Shown: in pieces, positions 1-11,701 of the stretch
How positions within the stretch are numbered: position 1 is the stretch's first letter
Layout: each line of letters starts with the position of its first letter
Origin: an uncultured Methanosarcinaceae archaeon
GTDB taxonomy: Archaea > Halobacteriota > Methanosarcinia > Methanosarcinales > Methanosarcinaceae
Assembly: GCA_963733675.1 (NCBI GenBank)
Contig: CAVTET010000003.1
Coordinates: 352,001-416,000 of the forward strand
Length of the DNA stretch: 64,000 nucleotides
Direction of reading: 5' to 3'
Program-made: the position numbers and the translations under genes
The notes under the pieces: generated by a model
Told to the model about the DNA's origin: nothing
Databases searched by the model: none
Seen by the model: the letters and a program-made list of their open reading frames with translations, nothing else

Positions 1-1150
1 CAATAAATGCAAGTATTAGGTAAAATGGTAACACATACGGGATTATGAGAGTTACTCCGGCTACAAATCCGGTGAAAGCTCCATTCCATATGATACTTTC
101 TATGGGACCTGTAACGACTGGTTCATACTGCTCTATCGCAGTTAAAAAATTTTGTATAATATCCGAAATACGGGCACCTATGATAAACGTCCAGACCAAC
201 AGTCCCCCAATGACCATGATAGCAGTTACATATCCCAATACTGGGTGCAGGGCGATATTATCCAAAGCTTCTGTCAACGTTCTTTTTTTCACACCTGGCA
301 TGACATCCCTGAAGACCTCATGAGCAATCATGTCAGCTACATGATATCGCTCACCGGTGATCACTATTCCAGATGGCTCACCGTGTATCTCCTCAATCTC
401 TTCAGCCAGTGAATCAGCTAATATGGGAACATTCTGGTCAGCCTTCTCGAAAAGGCTGCTAATCTCAGCGTCTTTCTCGATCAGTTTGATAGCCGTCCAC
501 CGTGAAGGATATCCAGTTTTTACATTCCCCAGGGCTACTATAAGCTTCTCTAAGCGCTGCTCTATTTCTTGACCATATTTTATTTTGTTCGGAAGTTTTT
601 TATTTTCGATTGCATCTATTATTTTTTCTGTCAGGTTGTCGATTCCGATTCCCTTGATTGCTACAGTGGTGACTACAGACACTCCCAGGATTTCCTCAAG
701 TTTTTTAGCATCGATGGATAATCCTTTCTTTTCCATGAGATCCACTTGGTTGAGTGCTATGACCATCGGCACTTCTAATTCTATCAGTTGTAGTGTGAAA
801 AACAAATTTCTTTCCAGTGCCGATGCGTCTATGACATTTACGACTATGTCCGGCTTTTCAAGAGCGATGAAATCTCTAGATACGATTTCTTCCATTGAGT
901 ATGTGGAGAACGAGTATATCCCTGGAAGGTCAATTATCTTGATCCTCATACCTTTATAATGCAATAATCCCTCGGCACGCTCTACCGTCTTCCCCGGCCA
1001 GTTGCCGATTATCTGATCCACGCCAGTTAATTGATTAAATATGGCACTCTTACCCACGTTAGAGTTCCCTGCAAGAGCAACCACCCTTTTGAAATCTTTC
1101 CTCTTTTTAGTTGCGGAGTCGCACTGCCCACAATTTTTACATTCTGCCAT
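1..1150 (-). CDS. feoB: Ferrous iron transporter FeoB (runs off the window start; absent from the ORF track)
   Basis: Manual translation from ATG at 1150: MAECKNCGQC...VALAGNSNVGKSAIFNQLTG..QIIGNWPGKTVE...IIDLPGIYS...VIDASALERNL...ALNQVD (FeoB GTPase motifs), followed by hydrophobic membrane segments. Confidence 0.95.
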   Translation of the reverse strand, partial: MAECKNCGQCDSATKKRKDFKRVVALAGNSNVGKSAIFNQLTGVDQIIGNWPGKTVERAEGLLHYKGMRIKIIDLPGIYSFSTYSMEEIVSRDFIALEKPDIVVNVIDASALERNLFFTLQLIELEVPMVIALNQVDLMEKKGLSIDAKKLEEILGVSVVTTVAIKGIGIDNLTEKIIDAIENKKLPNKIKYGQEIEQRLEKLIVALGNVKTGYPSRWTAIKLIEKDAEISSLFEKADQNVPILADSLAEEIEEIHGEPSGIVITGERYHVADMIAHEVFRDVMPGVKKRTLTEALDNIALHPVLGYVTAIMVIGGLLVWTFIIGARISDIIQNFLTAIEQYEPVVTGPIESIIWNGAFTGFVAGVTLIIPYVLPFYLILAFI

Positions 1151-1162
1151 TAATACTCCGTT

Positions 1163-1867
1163 TTATCTTGACACGTTTACAAAAATATTATCTGCTATTT
1201 CCCTTGCTATCGCTAGATTCGTCCTTCTGATGCATATTTCTATGGGGCCATTCATTGGTGCTTTTCGCAGTAGTTCGACTTTTGTATTCAACGTTAATCC
1301 AAGGTCAGATAACCGCTGTACGATTTTCTTATCTCCCCTGAGGAATTTGATGAAGCCCTTTTCACAAGGTTCAAGGTCAGTTATCGGAACAATGCTCCCA
1401 TCATTTGTTCTACGCTTCCGTGAACTAGTAGCTCCGTTGCAATCATCACACGTACCTAAAAACATGGTACAGGAACTAATATGGCTTCCATGTGGGCACC
1501 TAGCAGGAGCGTTAAGAATTTTACATAAAGCGTTTTCCGTCTCGTCAGAGATATTGTGCTCCATCTTACACGCTTCAGCATGAGCCTTTTTTTTATCTAT
1601 ATGGAGAGTATCAGTGAGAAATACTTCCAGAAGCCTATGTTTACGTTTAATTTTAATAGCTATTATCAACCCTTCCTTTGTTAGAGTAGCTCCTTTATAA
1701 GGCGCATAGACGACAAGACCCTTTTCCGCCATATGTTGAATCGCTTCTGTAACGCTTGCTGGCGATTTTTTAAGGCATTTTGCGATCTCAGTAGTCCTTG
1801 CGGCTCTGTTTTTGCCCGCTATATCATAAATAGTTTTAAGATATTCTTCCACTTGTTCTGATGGCAT
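1163..1867 (-). CDS. DtxR/MntR-family metal-dependent repressor with C-terminal FeoA domain
   Basis: EEYLKTIY, RKHRLLEVFL, EACKMEH, CPHG motifs; FeoA-like tail RLSDLGL..KAPMNGPIEI..LAIAREIA; likely start MPSEQ at 1867 (ORF open to 1900); directly upstream of feoB. Confidence 0.93.
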   Translation of the reverse strand: MPSEQVEEYLKTIYDIAGKNRAARTTEIAKCLKKSPASVTEAIQHMAEKGLVVYAPYKGATLTKEGLIIAIKIKRKHRLLEVFLTDTLHIDKKKAHAEACKMEHNISDETENALCKILNAPARCPHGSHISSCTMFLGTCDDCNGATSSRKRRTNDGSIVPITDLEPCEKGFIKFLRGDKKIVQRLSDLGLTLNTKVELLRKAPMNGPIEICIRRTNLAIAREIADNIFVNVSR

Positions 1868-1899
1868 CGAATCACTACCACGGTTAAAAACAATCCCCA

Positions 1900-1928
1900 T
1901 ATATATAAATTTTGGCTAACCTAAATTA
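1900..1928 (-). promoter_or_regulatory. DtxR-type operator next to the TATA box of the regulator-feoB operon
   Basis: Minus strand reads aaTTTAGGTTAGCCAAAAtttatatat: an imperfect palindrome matching the DtxR consensus TTAGGTTAGCCTAA, directly 5' of TTTATATA. Confidence 0.75.
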
Positions 1929-2585
1929 TCAGACATGAACTTTTTAGCTAATCAAGTTTCACGTTTTCATATTTGTCAGAAAGAGTCGAAGGGCATCGAA
2001 AGTAATTTATAATATAAACCATAATAAGAAAAGATCTGAGTTCTTCCAAAATTTTCAAAACTCTGAAATCCGGTATGAAAACATGGAACCAGAGGGAAGA
2101 GAGTCACTGAAATACTGCTACAGTGCGATCATGAGAACAATATTGTCCTGAAGAAAATTAATTTCAATAAAAATCGAAAATATTTTTCAAGTGGATATAG
2201 ATTCTGTCAACAAAATGGGATTTAATGGAAATCATATCGTAAGAACACTTCGATGTTGAGTATTTAAACTTCCTGCAGATGCAACAAAAAACAGCGAAGA
2301 ATCTTATATTTTCAATTTTGATAATACCATCTTTGAAGAAGGTGGTAACACTGGAAGTGAAAATTAGAACCTGTAGAGTGAGACAACTAAACTAGTGAAC
2401 AGTATTGTAGATAAGCCACTCCACAACTTAACTCAATTTAACCTGGCTTTATCACATTTCCTGTTCATAGTATTGATTATCATAATAACTTAATTTATCT
2501 TTCCATACTGGAAAATATTAAAATAATGGAAAATTTTGTGCTGTTGATATATTGTATAATAAACTTATGAGAATTTATAAACTTA

Positions 2586-2629
2586 TGTGGATTTAGATGA
2601 TTATTTGTTGTGGATTTAGATGATTATTT
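2586..2629. repeat. 21-bp near-tandem direct repeat
   Basis: tgtggatttagatgattattt at 2586-2606 and 2609-2629. Confidence 0.9.
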
Positions 2630-2768
2630 TACTTTAACAAGTAATTTTAATATTATTTATAAACATATAATGAAATTTAGGAGTTATAGAAAATTTTCTT
2701 ATATTTCTACTGCACAAATTAGATGCCACAGTTAAAGAAGACTAATAATTGACGGTAAAAGATAACTA

Positions 2769-4610
2769 ATGATTAATACTAGCGCAAGCAAATTTTTGGA
2801 TAGACTAATCAATAATTATGCGTTTCATATTATATGTGTATTTTTTGTAATACTGGTAATTGTAAAAATTCTATTATCATCTCGTTTTTGTGGTCCATTT
2901 ATTTTTCCAGATGAAACTTTATACAATAGCATTGCCCAAAGTATTGTACACGGTAAGTTATATGGAAAGTTAGGTTCGTTTTCTCCAGGATATCCATTTT
3001 TATTGTCATTAGCATATAATATTTCCAATGACCAAAATATTATTTATCACATAATGTTAGTGATAAGCGCTTTCATATCTAGCACCATCATTTTTCCTTC
3101 ATTTTTTATTATGGAAAAATACTGTTCAAAGGCAGTATCAGTTCTGGGTTCAGTTACCGTGTCAACATTACCATCTTTAAATTTTTATAGCTTTACACTA
3201 ATGACTGAGACATTATTTATACCCTTATTTTTATTTTCCATATGGTTTATCCTTAAAAGTTATGAAACTAGCAATAAAAAATGGGAATTATTAGCTTCAT
3301 TGTCAACTGTATATTTATATATCACTAGATCGACTGGATTGGCAATGCTAATAGCATTTGTATTGACATTTATATATTATATTATTTCAAATTTAAATAA
3401 AGATCGAGTGCTCGTTTTAATTAAAAAAAAGTTCATTTTAATGGCTAGTATCATTATATTTTTATTATGTTGGCTTACTTATTCAACATATTTCGTGGAC
3501 ATAAATCAACCCTTTAGTGATAAATTAACGAAAACTTATGATTTTGGATCAGCTCATAATATCAAAGGGGTGGTAGAGCACGGGACAGACATTTTTGCAA
3601 GTATTAAAAATATGTTGATATTTACTAAGTTCTTTGCAAATTTAATAAGTTACCTGTTAGTTGGCTCCTCTTTTCTGTTATTCATCATTATTTATTATTT
3701 TATCTTGTTACTCATCAATAAAAAACCATTGAAAAATCATACATTATCAATGCCAATTTTCTATGCTTTCATCAGTTCCCTATTATTGATAATCGCTACT
3801 ATCAGCTTTCTGTTTAAGGATAAAAATACAAACTTGATACTTGGAAGATACATTGAGCCAATCATACCAATAATAATGATCCTAGGAATTATATGTATAA
3901 GTAATTTTGATCAAAAAATAATGAACAAAAGGAATATTATTTATTTTATCATTAGTTCCATTCCACTTATACTTATTATACCATATAGTTTCGCCTGGGA
4001 TAATATTATTATCAATGTATTCAATGACCTACAAAATAATCCGACACTATATGTATATAATATATTTTATGGGTATACTACGTTTAATGCATTCGCAAGA
4101 TTCTATGAACCGAGTTCTACAATTATAACGCGAGCAATCTCATCATCTTTACATCCATCATTGGTTATGTACATCTATTTTTCGGTGACTGTAGCATTAA
4201 TAACACTATCAATGAAAAAAAAGCATTATATCAGTTTACTATTGATCTTTATTATCACTTCATCCCTGATTTTTTCTACCACATTATACCGCGTTTCAGT
4301 AGCAAAATCAAATGATGAAATGGATAATAGTATAGCAAAATTTTTAACAAATAGCACCAATAACAGGACTACCTATCTCATCGACCAAGCTACTGCTCCT
4401 GCAAATGTAAACATCGAAAAGTACGTGTACGGATTTTGGAATAAAGGAAATATTCGTTATGTCAATGCTGGAAAGACTTCTCTAAAATCTATGGAATTAA
4501 ATAAAACAACATATCTGATATCGACAAAATCTTTGCCATATAATGAAATAGCTAAAGATGGTAATTTCACTCTTTATCTAATAAAGAATGCCTCTCCATT
4601 AATTAGTTGA
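2769..4610 (+). CDS. Polytopic membrane protein, probable GT-C (ArnT/PMT-like) glycosyltransferase
   Basis: 613 aa with many TM helices; first-loop acidic motif PDETLY, PGYPFLL, MTETLF, GRYIEPIIP. Confidence 0.65.
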   Translation: MINTSASKFLDRLINNYAFHIICVFFVILVIVKILLSSRFCGPFIFPDETLYNSIAQSIVHGKLYGKLGSFSPGYPFLLSLAYNISNDQNIIYHIMLVISAFISSTIIFPSFFIMEKYCSKAVSVLGSVTVSTLPSLNFYSFTLMTETLFIPLFLFSIWFILKSYETSNKKWELLASLSTVYLYITRSTGLAMLIAFVLTFIYYIISNLNKDRVLVLIKKKFILMASIIIFLLCWLTYSTYFVDINQPFSDKLTKTYDFGSAHNIKGVVEHGTDIFASIKNMLIFTKFFANLISYLLVGSSFLLFIIIYYFILLLINKKPLKNHTLSMPIFYAFISSLLLIIATISFLFKDKNTNLILGRYIEPIIPIIMILGIICISNFDQKIMNKRNIIYFIISSIPLILIIPYSFAWDNIIINVFNDLQNNPTLYVYNIFYGYTTFNAFARFYEPSSTIITRAISSSLHPSLVMYIYFSVTVALITLSMKKKHYISLLLIFIITSSLIFSTTLYRVSVAKSNDEMDNSIAKFLTNSTNNRTTYLIDQATAPANVNIEKYVYGFWNKGNIRYVNAGKTSLKSMELNKTTYLISTKSLPYNEIAKDGNFTLYLIKNASPLIS

Positions 4611-5625
4611 TATCTTAAGAGTTATATAAATTAAAAGCTCTTTTAAAAAATAGTCAAGTAAAGTCCAACGGGTCTACAAATGTCGAATTTATTGATATAA
4701 GTAATTTCAGAGATTATTTTACCCATTTTGGAGATGGATCTACATATGGAGTACATCTTTCTCTAAACCTTTATATTAAGCGGTGAAATAACGGTGTACT
4801 CCGAATTGTTTTAAATTATCACTTTTTTTTCAACACCGCTTCTTCATTTTATTCTCATTTCTATTGTAGTATTCCCGTGGCTCAGTAAATATGGGTCAAA
4901 AGGCAATTTATTGAATTGAGTCTATCCTAGATTCAAGCCATCTGTTGTGAATAAGGTACTATAAATTTATGAGTACCTTTGGAGTCAGTTGTTGACTGTG
5001 AATATTCAATTGTCCCATTCTGATCTATAAAGATTGTCGTGCTTATTTTTAGGATCTTATTCTGGGAGGCGGTTCTTGTTACTTTTACAATTTTAACATA
5101 TTTACAAATATTAACATAGCTTACATATACTTAGAAAATATTTTTCTCAAAGAATAAATTGTAAAATTGTTTATAGATAATTTTCTAATTTTTGTCTACC
5201 TATGTTTCATAAACCACAGTATACAGTTTCAAGTAATTTTCATCAAAGATGTGTACCTTTGGCTGCTTTTTTCAGTAAATCTAAAAATTAAATCAAGATT
5301 AATAAATTATTACAGTGATCAATTAGGATTAACAAATTTTTTAATCTAACATATTCAGATTTAAGATAATTAATGATTTCATGCTATTGATTTTTTAGTT
5401 TAACAATCTAAGTTCAATTAAATTTATATTAGTAACAAAGGAGTATATTTTCAGCGATACATATCCATATTAAACCATATTTAACTATAAATAATCCAAT
5501 ATGCATATTATTATACTATACTTCCATATTCAACTACCAGTTTTAAATTAAAAATCCCTTCTTTCTAGAATTGTGCCTATCATTCAGCAAAACTATCAAA
5601 ATAATACTTAAAAGATGGAAATATT

Positions 5626-7606
5626 ATGGAAATGAGATATAAAAATACTCTTATGTTAATTAGTATGATTTTATTGTCAACGACTGCACTTGCAGCAACT
5701 CAGACTGTAAAATCTGCCGCACAGCCATATCACATTGACCCCCACCATAATTTGTGGATCAAAGTTAACATGAATGGCAGCGCACAACATTTTAAGGTGT
5801 ACAATAAGCCGGGATACTCACCCAACGGGGAAGCAGTTATGTGGGCATACGATAACTTTAGCTCAGGCAGCTTAAATACATCAAAATGGACAGTTTACAA
5901 AGAAGGAAGCAATAATGCAACAATAGACGTACAAAATGGACATCTAGTGTTGTCAGGCTCGGGTAATACATCTTCTGCAAATGTTGTGCTGAATAAACAA
6001 TTCACTAACGGCATTGAACTGGCGATCAATGAAACATTGGCAGGGGGTACCCATAACTTAGGCACATTCTCTGATGTTTCTTTTGGTTCTGGTGCACCAG
6101 TAGGTGGGATTAGGGGAACAGATTGGTGGCATACACATTTCAAAGCTGGTGGTGGCTCATTCCAAAGTCAAGGAATAGACAAAGCAATGATTTGGGTAAA
6201 CTCAAACAGTTCGGATATTAATGTGCCAATCCCTGGGATCAGACTAAATGATTACGTCCAAGAGAATATTTCACATACAGTGGCATACAGTTATGATTCT
6301 TCTGGTAATGCAAACATGTACATGCTAAATGTAACTCAAAATCGTCTACCCTTATCTATACCTGATCCATATGGGTATAACCAGTTCAATCATCCATCCA
6401 TCTATTTCAATAAGACTGGCATATTTGGTCACAAATGGTGGATGTTTATTACACCATATGCATACTCCGAGAGGTGAGCTTGAAAATGCATGTTTGTACT
6501 ATTCTGATGATGGACTAGTTTGGCATGTACCGCCAGGAGTGAAAAATCCTATTGGAACACCAATAGAATCTGAGTATGAATCAAATGCTTATGGTCTTGA
6601 TCCGTATGGTTCTGATCCATACGGTTCTGATTCATGTGGTTCTGATCTATATGGTTCTGATTCGCATATAATATACAATCCTAATATCGGGAAATTCATG
6701 TGCTACTATGTAATAGTAGATGTCGTTGGTGATGAAACCGTAGAAGATCCGAAGGTTAAGACTTATGATAGTATTACTGTTTCACCAGAAATAAATGTCA
6801 ATGGTCATGGTGTATCACCAGCTGTATTGTATGATGAAGCTACGAGAACATATTACATGTGGATTGTTGATATCGATCCTACCCCGCATGTAATATACAG
6901 ATACACGTCCACTGATGGGATTCATTTTAGTAATAAGCAAGCAGTGGGTCTATCAAGTTAATATCACCCCTGGCATATTAATGTAATGAATTATCCAGGA
7001 AAATCGACAATTTATGCATTACTTACAATGTATAGTAACAACGGATTCACCGGTGATCTACATATTGCAACTGCAAATAACTACACCGATAATTTTACAG
7101 TTCAAAATACATCACTTCTAAAACTCAAGGAATCATCATGTCCAACACATAAGGATACTCTGTTATATCGTAGTGCAGGTGTATTTAGTGATGACGGAAA
7201 CATCTTGAAACTCTGGATACCTGCGCAAGATAATAATGGAGTTTGGACTGTTTTTTACACGCAAGCAACTAAGGAAAAAGGTGTCTGGAAAGTTGGGACA
7301 TTCATAACTCCGCATGCACCGCTTATGACAACCAAAAACACACAATATCTCTACACACCAAAACAATGGATGATATCACAAGGCGATTCACCAAAAAGCC
7401 ATGGAGTCAAAAGAGAAATCAATGAAGTTTGGGGGTATAAAATAGGTCACACACCAAAAATAAATGTAAAAAATATGGGGACGTACACTCAAATTGATGT
7501 TAAGCCAACCGATTTACAAAACGTGTCTGATTACCAGGTAATGATCCCTTCTAGTATGTTTAACATATCATCCCAGAGAGAATCTCTGGATGTTGAGCAT
7601 GCATAA
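5626..7606 (+). pseudogene. Secreted protein (DUF2341-like plus beta-propeller glycosidase-like domain), disrupted
   Basis: Signal peptide; frameshift near 6470 links ORFs 5626-6477 and 6371-6961; TAA at 6959-6961 is in frame with the 6986-7606 ORF (YHPWHINVM links them); propeller-like motifs HPSI..WWMFITPY, YYSDDGLVW, YTSTDGIHF. Confidence 0.7.
6590..6664 (+). repeat. 15-bp coding tandem repeat x5 (YGLDP-YGSDP-YGSDS-CGSDL-YGSDS)
   Basis: tatggttctgatccx-type units. Confidence 0.9.
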
Positions 7607-8135
7607 GTACACAAAATAAACAGCGTTGTATAAAGGGCAGCTTGTAAATCTCAATTTTAGTAATTTAATTAGGGCTTACAAGGCTGTCTTCTGCAAGACT
7701 ATGTTAACAGGGGTTAAAAATCACATTTTCTGAAGTTCAAAAATTCCAATATTCAAAAATTATGCGGATAAAACAATGACTTTAACATAAAAATATAGAC
7801 TACAAGATATATTCATTGGTACGCTGTTTATCAATTGCCTTTGAAGTGTGCATAAGCTTAAAATGGTTAGGATATTATAAAATATCTTATTATAACATAT
7901 TAGAATGTAATGAAGATAATCAGATATAATGCTGCTGTTAAAGTGTCTGGTTTACCATCATTTTCATCCATTTTGCTTCCGTTCCGTGACTGATCAGATT
8001 CTGTTTTACAGAACTTTCAGGACACTGTTTATCCAGGTAAAGTACCAAACATCCGATAAAATCTGATTAACTTCGTACTTTTTTCTTTACCACAACAGAA
8101 AAGGATAAAGAGCTGGTCACACTTTACAAAACCTA

Positions 8136-8483
8136 TCAACTTTTTTGAATTTTTTCGTCAATTTGCAGCTTATTCTCCATTTGAGTACCGAAATCGCCTT
8201 CAGAACTATTTTTTGCTCTGTAATACCCAAGGAAGTAACCAATAATTATTGCACCAGTAGCTGCCTTAAGGCCAAAAAGCAGACTTTCGATTTCATCACT
8301 TGGGGGAACCCAGATAGGTTTCGCAATAGGTTTGTAAGCCCCACCTGTAATTTGATCAATAACGACTGCAGGTTTGTCGTCAGCTCCACCATATTCGGCA
8401 TGTGTAGTAGAAGACATATAAAAGAACTGGGCTGCAAAAATCAGAATTATAGCAATCACGATAAATTCAAGTTTCCTGCTCAT
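8136..8483 (-). CDS. cbiN: Cobalt ECF transporter component CbiN
   Basis: YGGADD...YKP...PIW.PPS.EIESLLF...[10 protein letters not shown]; overlaps the cbiM stop. Confidence 0.92.
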   Translation of the reverse strand: MSRKLEFIVIAIILIFAAQFFYMSSTTHAEYGGADDKPAVVIDQITGGAYKPIAKPIWVPPSDEIESLLFGLKAATGAIIIGYFLGYYRAKNSSEGDFGTQMENKLQIDEKIQKS

Positions 8484-9187
8484 GCAGCACGCCCCCTGAT
8501 TTTGCGAACTAAAGATTCGGTCAATACGTTCATTTCAACAAGGATATCACTCTTGACTTCAATCACGTACTTGAAGAGTAGGGCACTAACAGCGCCTTCG
8601 ATGATTGCCAGGGGTATCTGAGTAATTGCGAAGACTTCCAGAAATTTGCTGAATGAACTGAAGAAACCCACATAATTTAAGATTCCTCCTGCAGGAAATG
8701 CCAAAGCAAGTTCCGTAGAAGTTGTAATATAAGTAGCCCAGTCTCCGAAAGCTGCAGCCAGAAAGACAATTAAATAAAAGTTGATTTTGGCTTTCATTCC
8801 GGCCTTATAAATTAGGTATGACACCACAGGACCCACGATGCCCATTGAGAATACATTTGCTCCGAGGGTCGTAAGCCCACCATGAGCTAGGAAGAGAGCT
8901 TGGAAAATCAGCACAATCGTCCCAAGAACTGCAGTAATCGCAGGTCCAAAAATGATTGCACCTACACCTGTTCCTGTAGGGTGGGAACAACTTCCTGTAA
9001 CGGAAGGCATTTTCAAGGAGGAAAGTACGAAGATAAATGCACCTGCGACAGCAAGGATAGGTAACATCTCGCGTTTTTTGTTCACTAATTTATTCATTTT
9101 GTAAACACCAAATGCGACCACTGGTATTGATACTGCAAACCATACTAGACACCAAAACACCGGTAAAAAGCCTTCCATTATATGCAT
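8480..9187 (-). CDS. cbiM: Cobalt ECF transporter S component CbiM
   Basis: Signature N-terminus [39 protein letters not shown]; the metal-binding MH N-terminus implies a start at 9187. Confidence 0.95.
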   Translation of the reverse strand: MHIMEGFLPVFWCLVWFAVSIPVVAFGVYKMNKLVNKKREMLPILAVAGAFIFVLSSLKMPSVTGSCSHPTGTGVGAIIFGPAITAVLGTIVLIFQALFLAHGGLTTLGANVFSMGIVGPVVSYLIYKAGMKAKINFYLIVFLAAAFGDWATYITTSTELALAFPAGGILNYVGFFSSFSKFLEVFAITQIPLAIIEGAVSALLFKYVIEVKSDILVEMNVLTESLVRKIRGRAA

Positions 9188-9566
9188 AAGATCACCATGA
9201 AATATCAAGTCAAGTAACTATGCTTAAGACTCAGGCACTTGAAGTACAAAATCAAGCTTAATAGACTAAGTAATTTAAACTTGAATTTTAACCAGCATAA
9301 GGTTTGATGCAGTTGATTTTTCAGTTAAACAGTGTGAGTCTTAATATTATCTTAAGTAAAGGTTAGTTAATTTAAACCAAATTTAGTTGTTCTAACCCTT
9401 AATAAAGATTGTTATTTTAAAAAAACCAAGTGCATAAAAACTTATAAAAGTAATTTAGTGTAACAATTGCACTCAATGCAAAATAAATTATAGATTAGAA
9501 CAAGTTAAACCTAAATCAATGGATTGTTCTTTTGGAACGTTATTTATATTGCTTCAAATAATCCCC

Positions 9567-9961
9567 TTAAGAAACCTGAGATGTTCCCACATCTCCAGAC
9601 GTCGGTGATCTTGGAGATGAGATGAGTCTAGATGTGCTGGTGTTTATGCGGCTGGTTTTGTTCCTGGATCTTTTGATGCTGTTTCTGGAAATAGAGTTGC
9701 TCCTGCAAGATTTGGACTTGGATCTGGAGCTTTTGCGGGCTCTGCAGGTTCTGAAGCATTCACTGTGTATGGCATTCCACCGTATGAAGGACAAACCCAA
9801 GTTAGATTTCCTGCATGAGTGAAGATTGGATATATCATGAATAGAGTAGGTCTGATATTCTGCCAATTTGAAAAATAGTAGATTGGCAGGACGGAGTGGT
9901 AAAATCCTTCTATAAAACTTGATATTTTGTTTAAAAAACCTGAAACACCAGCTACCTGCAC
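9567..9961 (-). pseudogene. Relic of an unknown gene with a Pro/Ala-rich linker
   Basis: Overlapping short ORFs; WVCPSYGGMPYTVNASEPAEPAKAPDPSP reads as protein-like, but there is no clear start. Confidence 0.35.
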
Positions 9962-10416
9962 TTATATATACGGAATTTCACTACCACAGGTTCAATGAAT
10001 TACTTCAGATTCTCGTATTTTTGATATTTTTTGGATAGACATATGAATGTATAACAACTTCATATTTAATATTTTTCTTTATTTTCTTCATATTTTATGT
10101 TATTAAGCTTAAAACTAATATTACTTGTTTTATTTTAAGTCAATCATTATTTCAATTTACTTTAGTTTCTGAATTATTATTCATCACATATTATAAATCA
10201 TCAATAAATATATCCTGATAAGGAGATGTATAATTATACTATTCTCCAAATAATAAAATATAATTATTTCATAATGTGTTTCCATTTATTTTCTTAAAAT
10301 AGACTATCAAAAATCGCAACGATTTTTACCAACGATTTGAGATTGGGAATAAATGGGAAAAATAACAGCTTTCTAAAAATAATACAAAGTGAAAACAATT
10401 TCGAGTGTATACAAAG

Positions 10417-10697
10417 ATGGGGAAACAAAAATTTGATAGAATGAAAACAATACTTGGCATTCTCATATTAGTCTTTGCAATAGTGCCGTTGCTAACAGTG
10501 TCAGCGAGTGCACAGAACTCTTAATACTAGTTCTGTTGGACCTATGGTTGGACCTATAGGACCGTTTGGATTATTACCCACCAGCTCCCTATGGAGATAG
10601 TGGGGATAGCGAGGTAGTCTGCGGACCTTATGGATGCTATTGGAATGAAGCCACAGGATACATCCCGAAGGCTATAATGGCCAATAATGGTTGGTAA
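10417..10697 (+). pseudogene. Small secreted Gly/Pro/Tyr/Trp-rich peptide gene, disrupted
   Basis: MGKQKFDRMKTILGILILVFAIVPLLTVSASAQNS* (TAA at 10522-10524); a shifted frame continues DYYPPAPYGDSGDSEVVCGPYGCYWNEATG...NNGW*. Confidence 0.5.
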
Positions 10698-10997
10698 AAA
10701 TAAACCGTTATTTCGTCAATGATCTCAATCGTTGACTAATTAAGCGTGGAAAGGAAAAGACATTTAGTATCTGCTTGTAACCACAAAAATATATTGGACT
10801 GAAAAAAAAGCTGATTTACTAAAAATTAAATGCATCTACTTTTTGCTATACTTTTCAGTTTGTGGGTTGGGTACTAATGAATAAAATATTAAGGGAAAGT
10901 TCACGCTTCGAACCTATAATATTAAACCCATACATCAATGAAAAAATAAGAAAAAGACATTTGTCCGTAAAGATATTGGCTTTTCATTAACTTAAAA

Positions 10998-11271
10998 AAA
11001 GGACAAAATAATAACTACGGAAGAAGATAAAAAATAGGGCAATATTGATAACCTTAAAGAATATCGTTATTGCCCTGAAAAATTGAGTGACCAACAATTT
11101 TAAATTATACCTAGAGTTAATATTTATAAACATGAAATTAACAACAATAAAAGATTGTGTATGTAGTTAGTGAGATGATCAACTCGATACTTTAAAGCTG
11201 ATTTTTCCTTAACTGTTTAACTTGTTCTGCTAATAGACTAAGTAATCCCTGTTTTTCATTGGGAAGAAAAA
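10998..11271 (-). repeat. Dispersed ~270-bp non-coding element, copy 1 (candidate sRNA locus)
   Basis: Aligns with the reverse complement of 32655-32915 and partly with 16200-16333; contains the hairpin GGGCAATA..TATTGCCC next to a T-tract. Confidence 0.8.
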
Positions 11272-11701
11272 TTTACAGAATTTTTGGTACACTCCTAGTT
11301 CTATATAAATATTACTTCCTCATTTTTTTATTTGCAATGGTTGTTTGGTTAATTAGTTCCAAGTGTTCCAGGTGTTCCAAAAGCTCCATGAGTACGAGAT
11401 CAACAAGGTTTTCTTACTATTGATGGCATTTAGGAAATCCATAGATTTAATCACTAAAACTGTGTATTCATGAGAATTTGATGAATTGTCTGGTCAAATA
11501 GTGAATCTGGTTTTTCAAAAATAGTGAGGGATAAAAGAACGAGTATATAAGAATAAAATGGCTATAACTAAAATTAAAAATGTATGTAGAAGCCTACATT
11601 GGTATCTGTCCAAGAGTTTTGCTTCCAATACTTCTTTGCATATTATTCTCCTCTTTCAATGTACATGGTAAAGGTGCTCGTGACTACCTAGTCCAGAGTG
11701 G

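Noticed and set aside
45-1583. Plus-strand ORFs 45-323, 152-412, 357-572, 585-959 and 1041-1583
   Set aside because: They are shadow ORFs antisense to feoB and the DtxR regulator
9190-9560. Cobalamin riboswitch upstream of cbiM
   Set aside because: No B12-box or GC-rich stems are visible
10987-11133. 48-aa hydrophobic ORF as a type I toxin
   Set aside because: The frame is not conserved in the second copy of the element, and T-rich DNA gives hydrophobic peptides by chance
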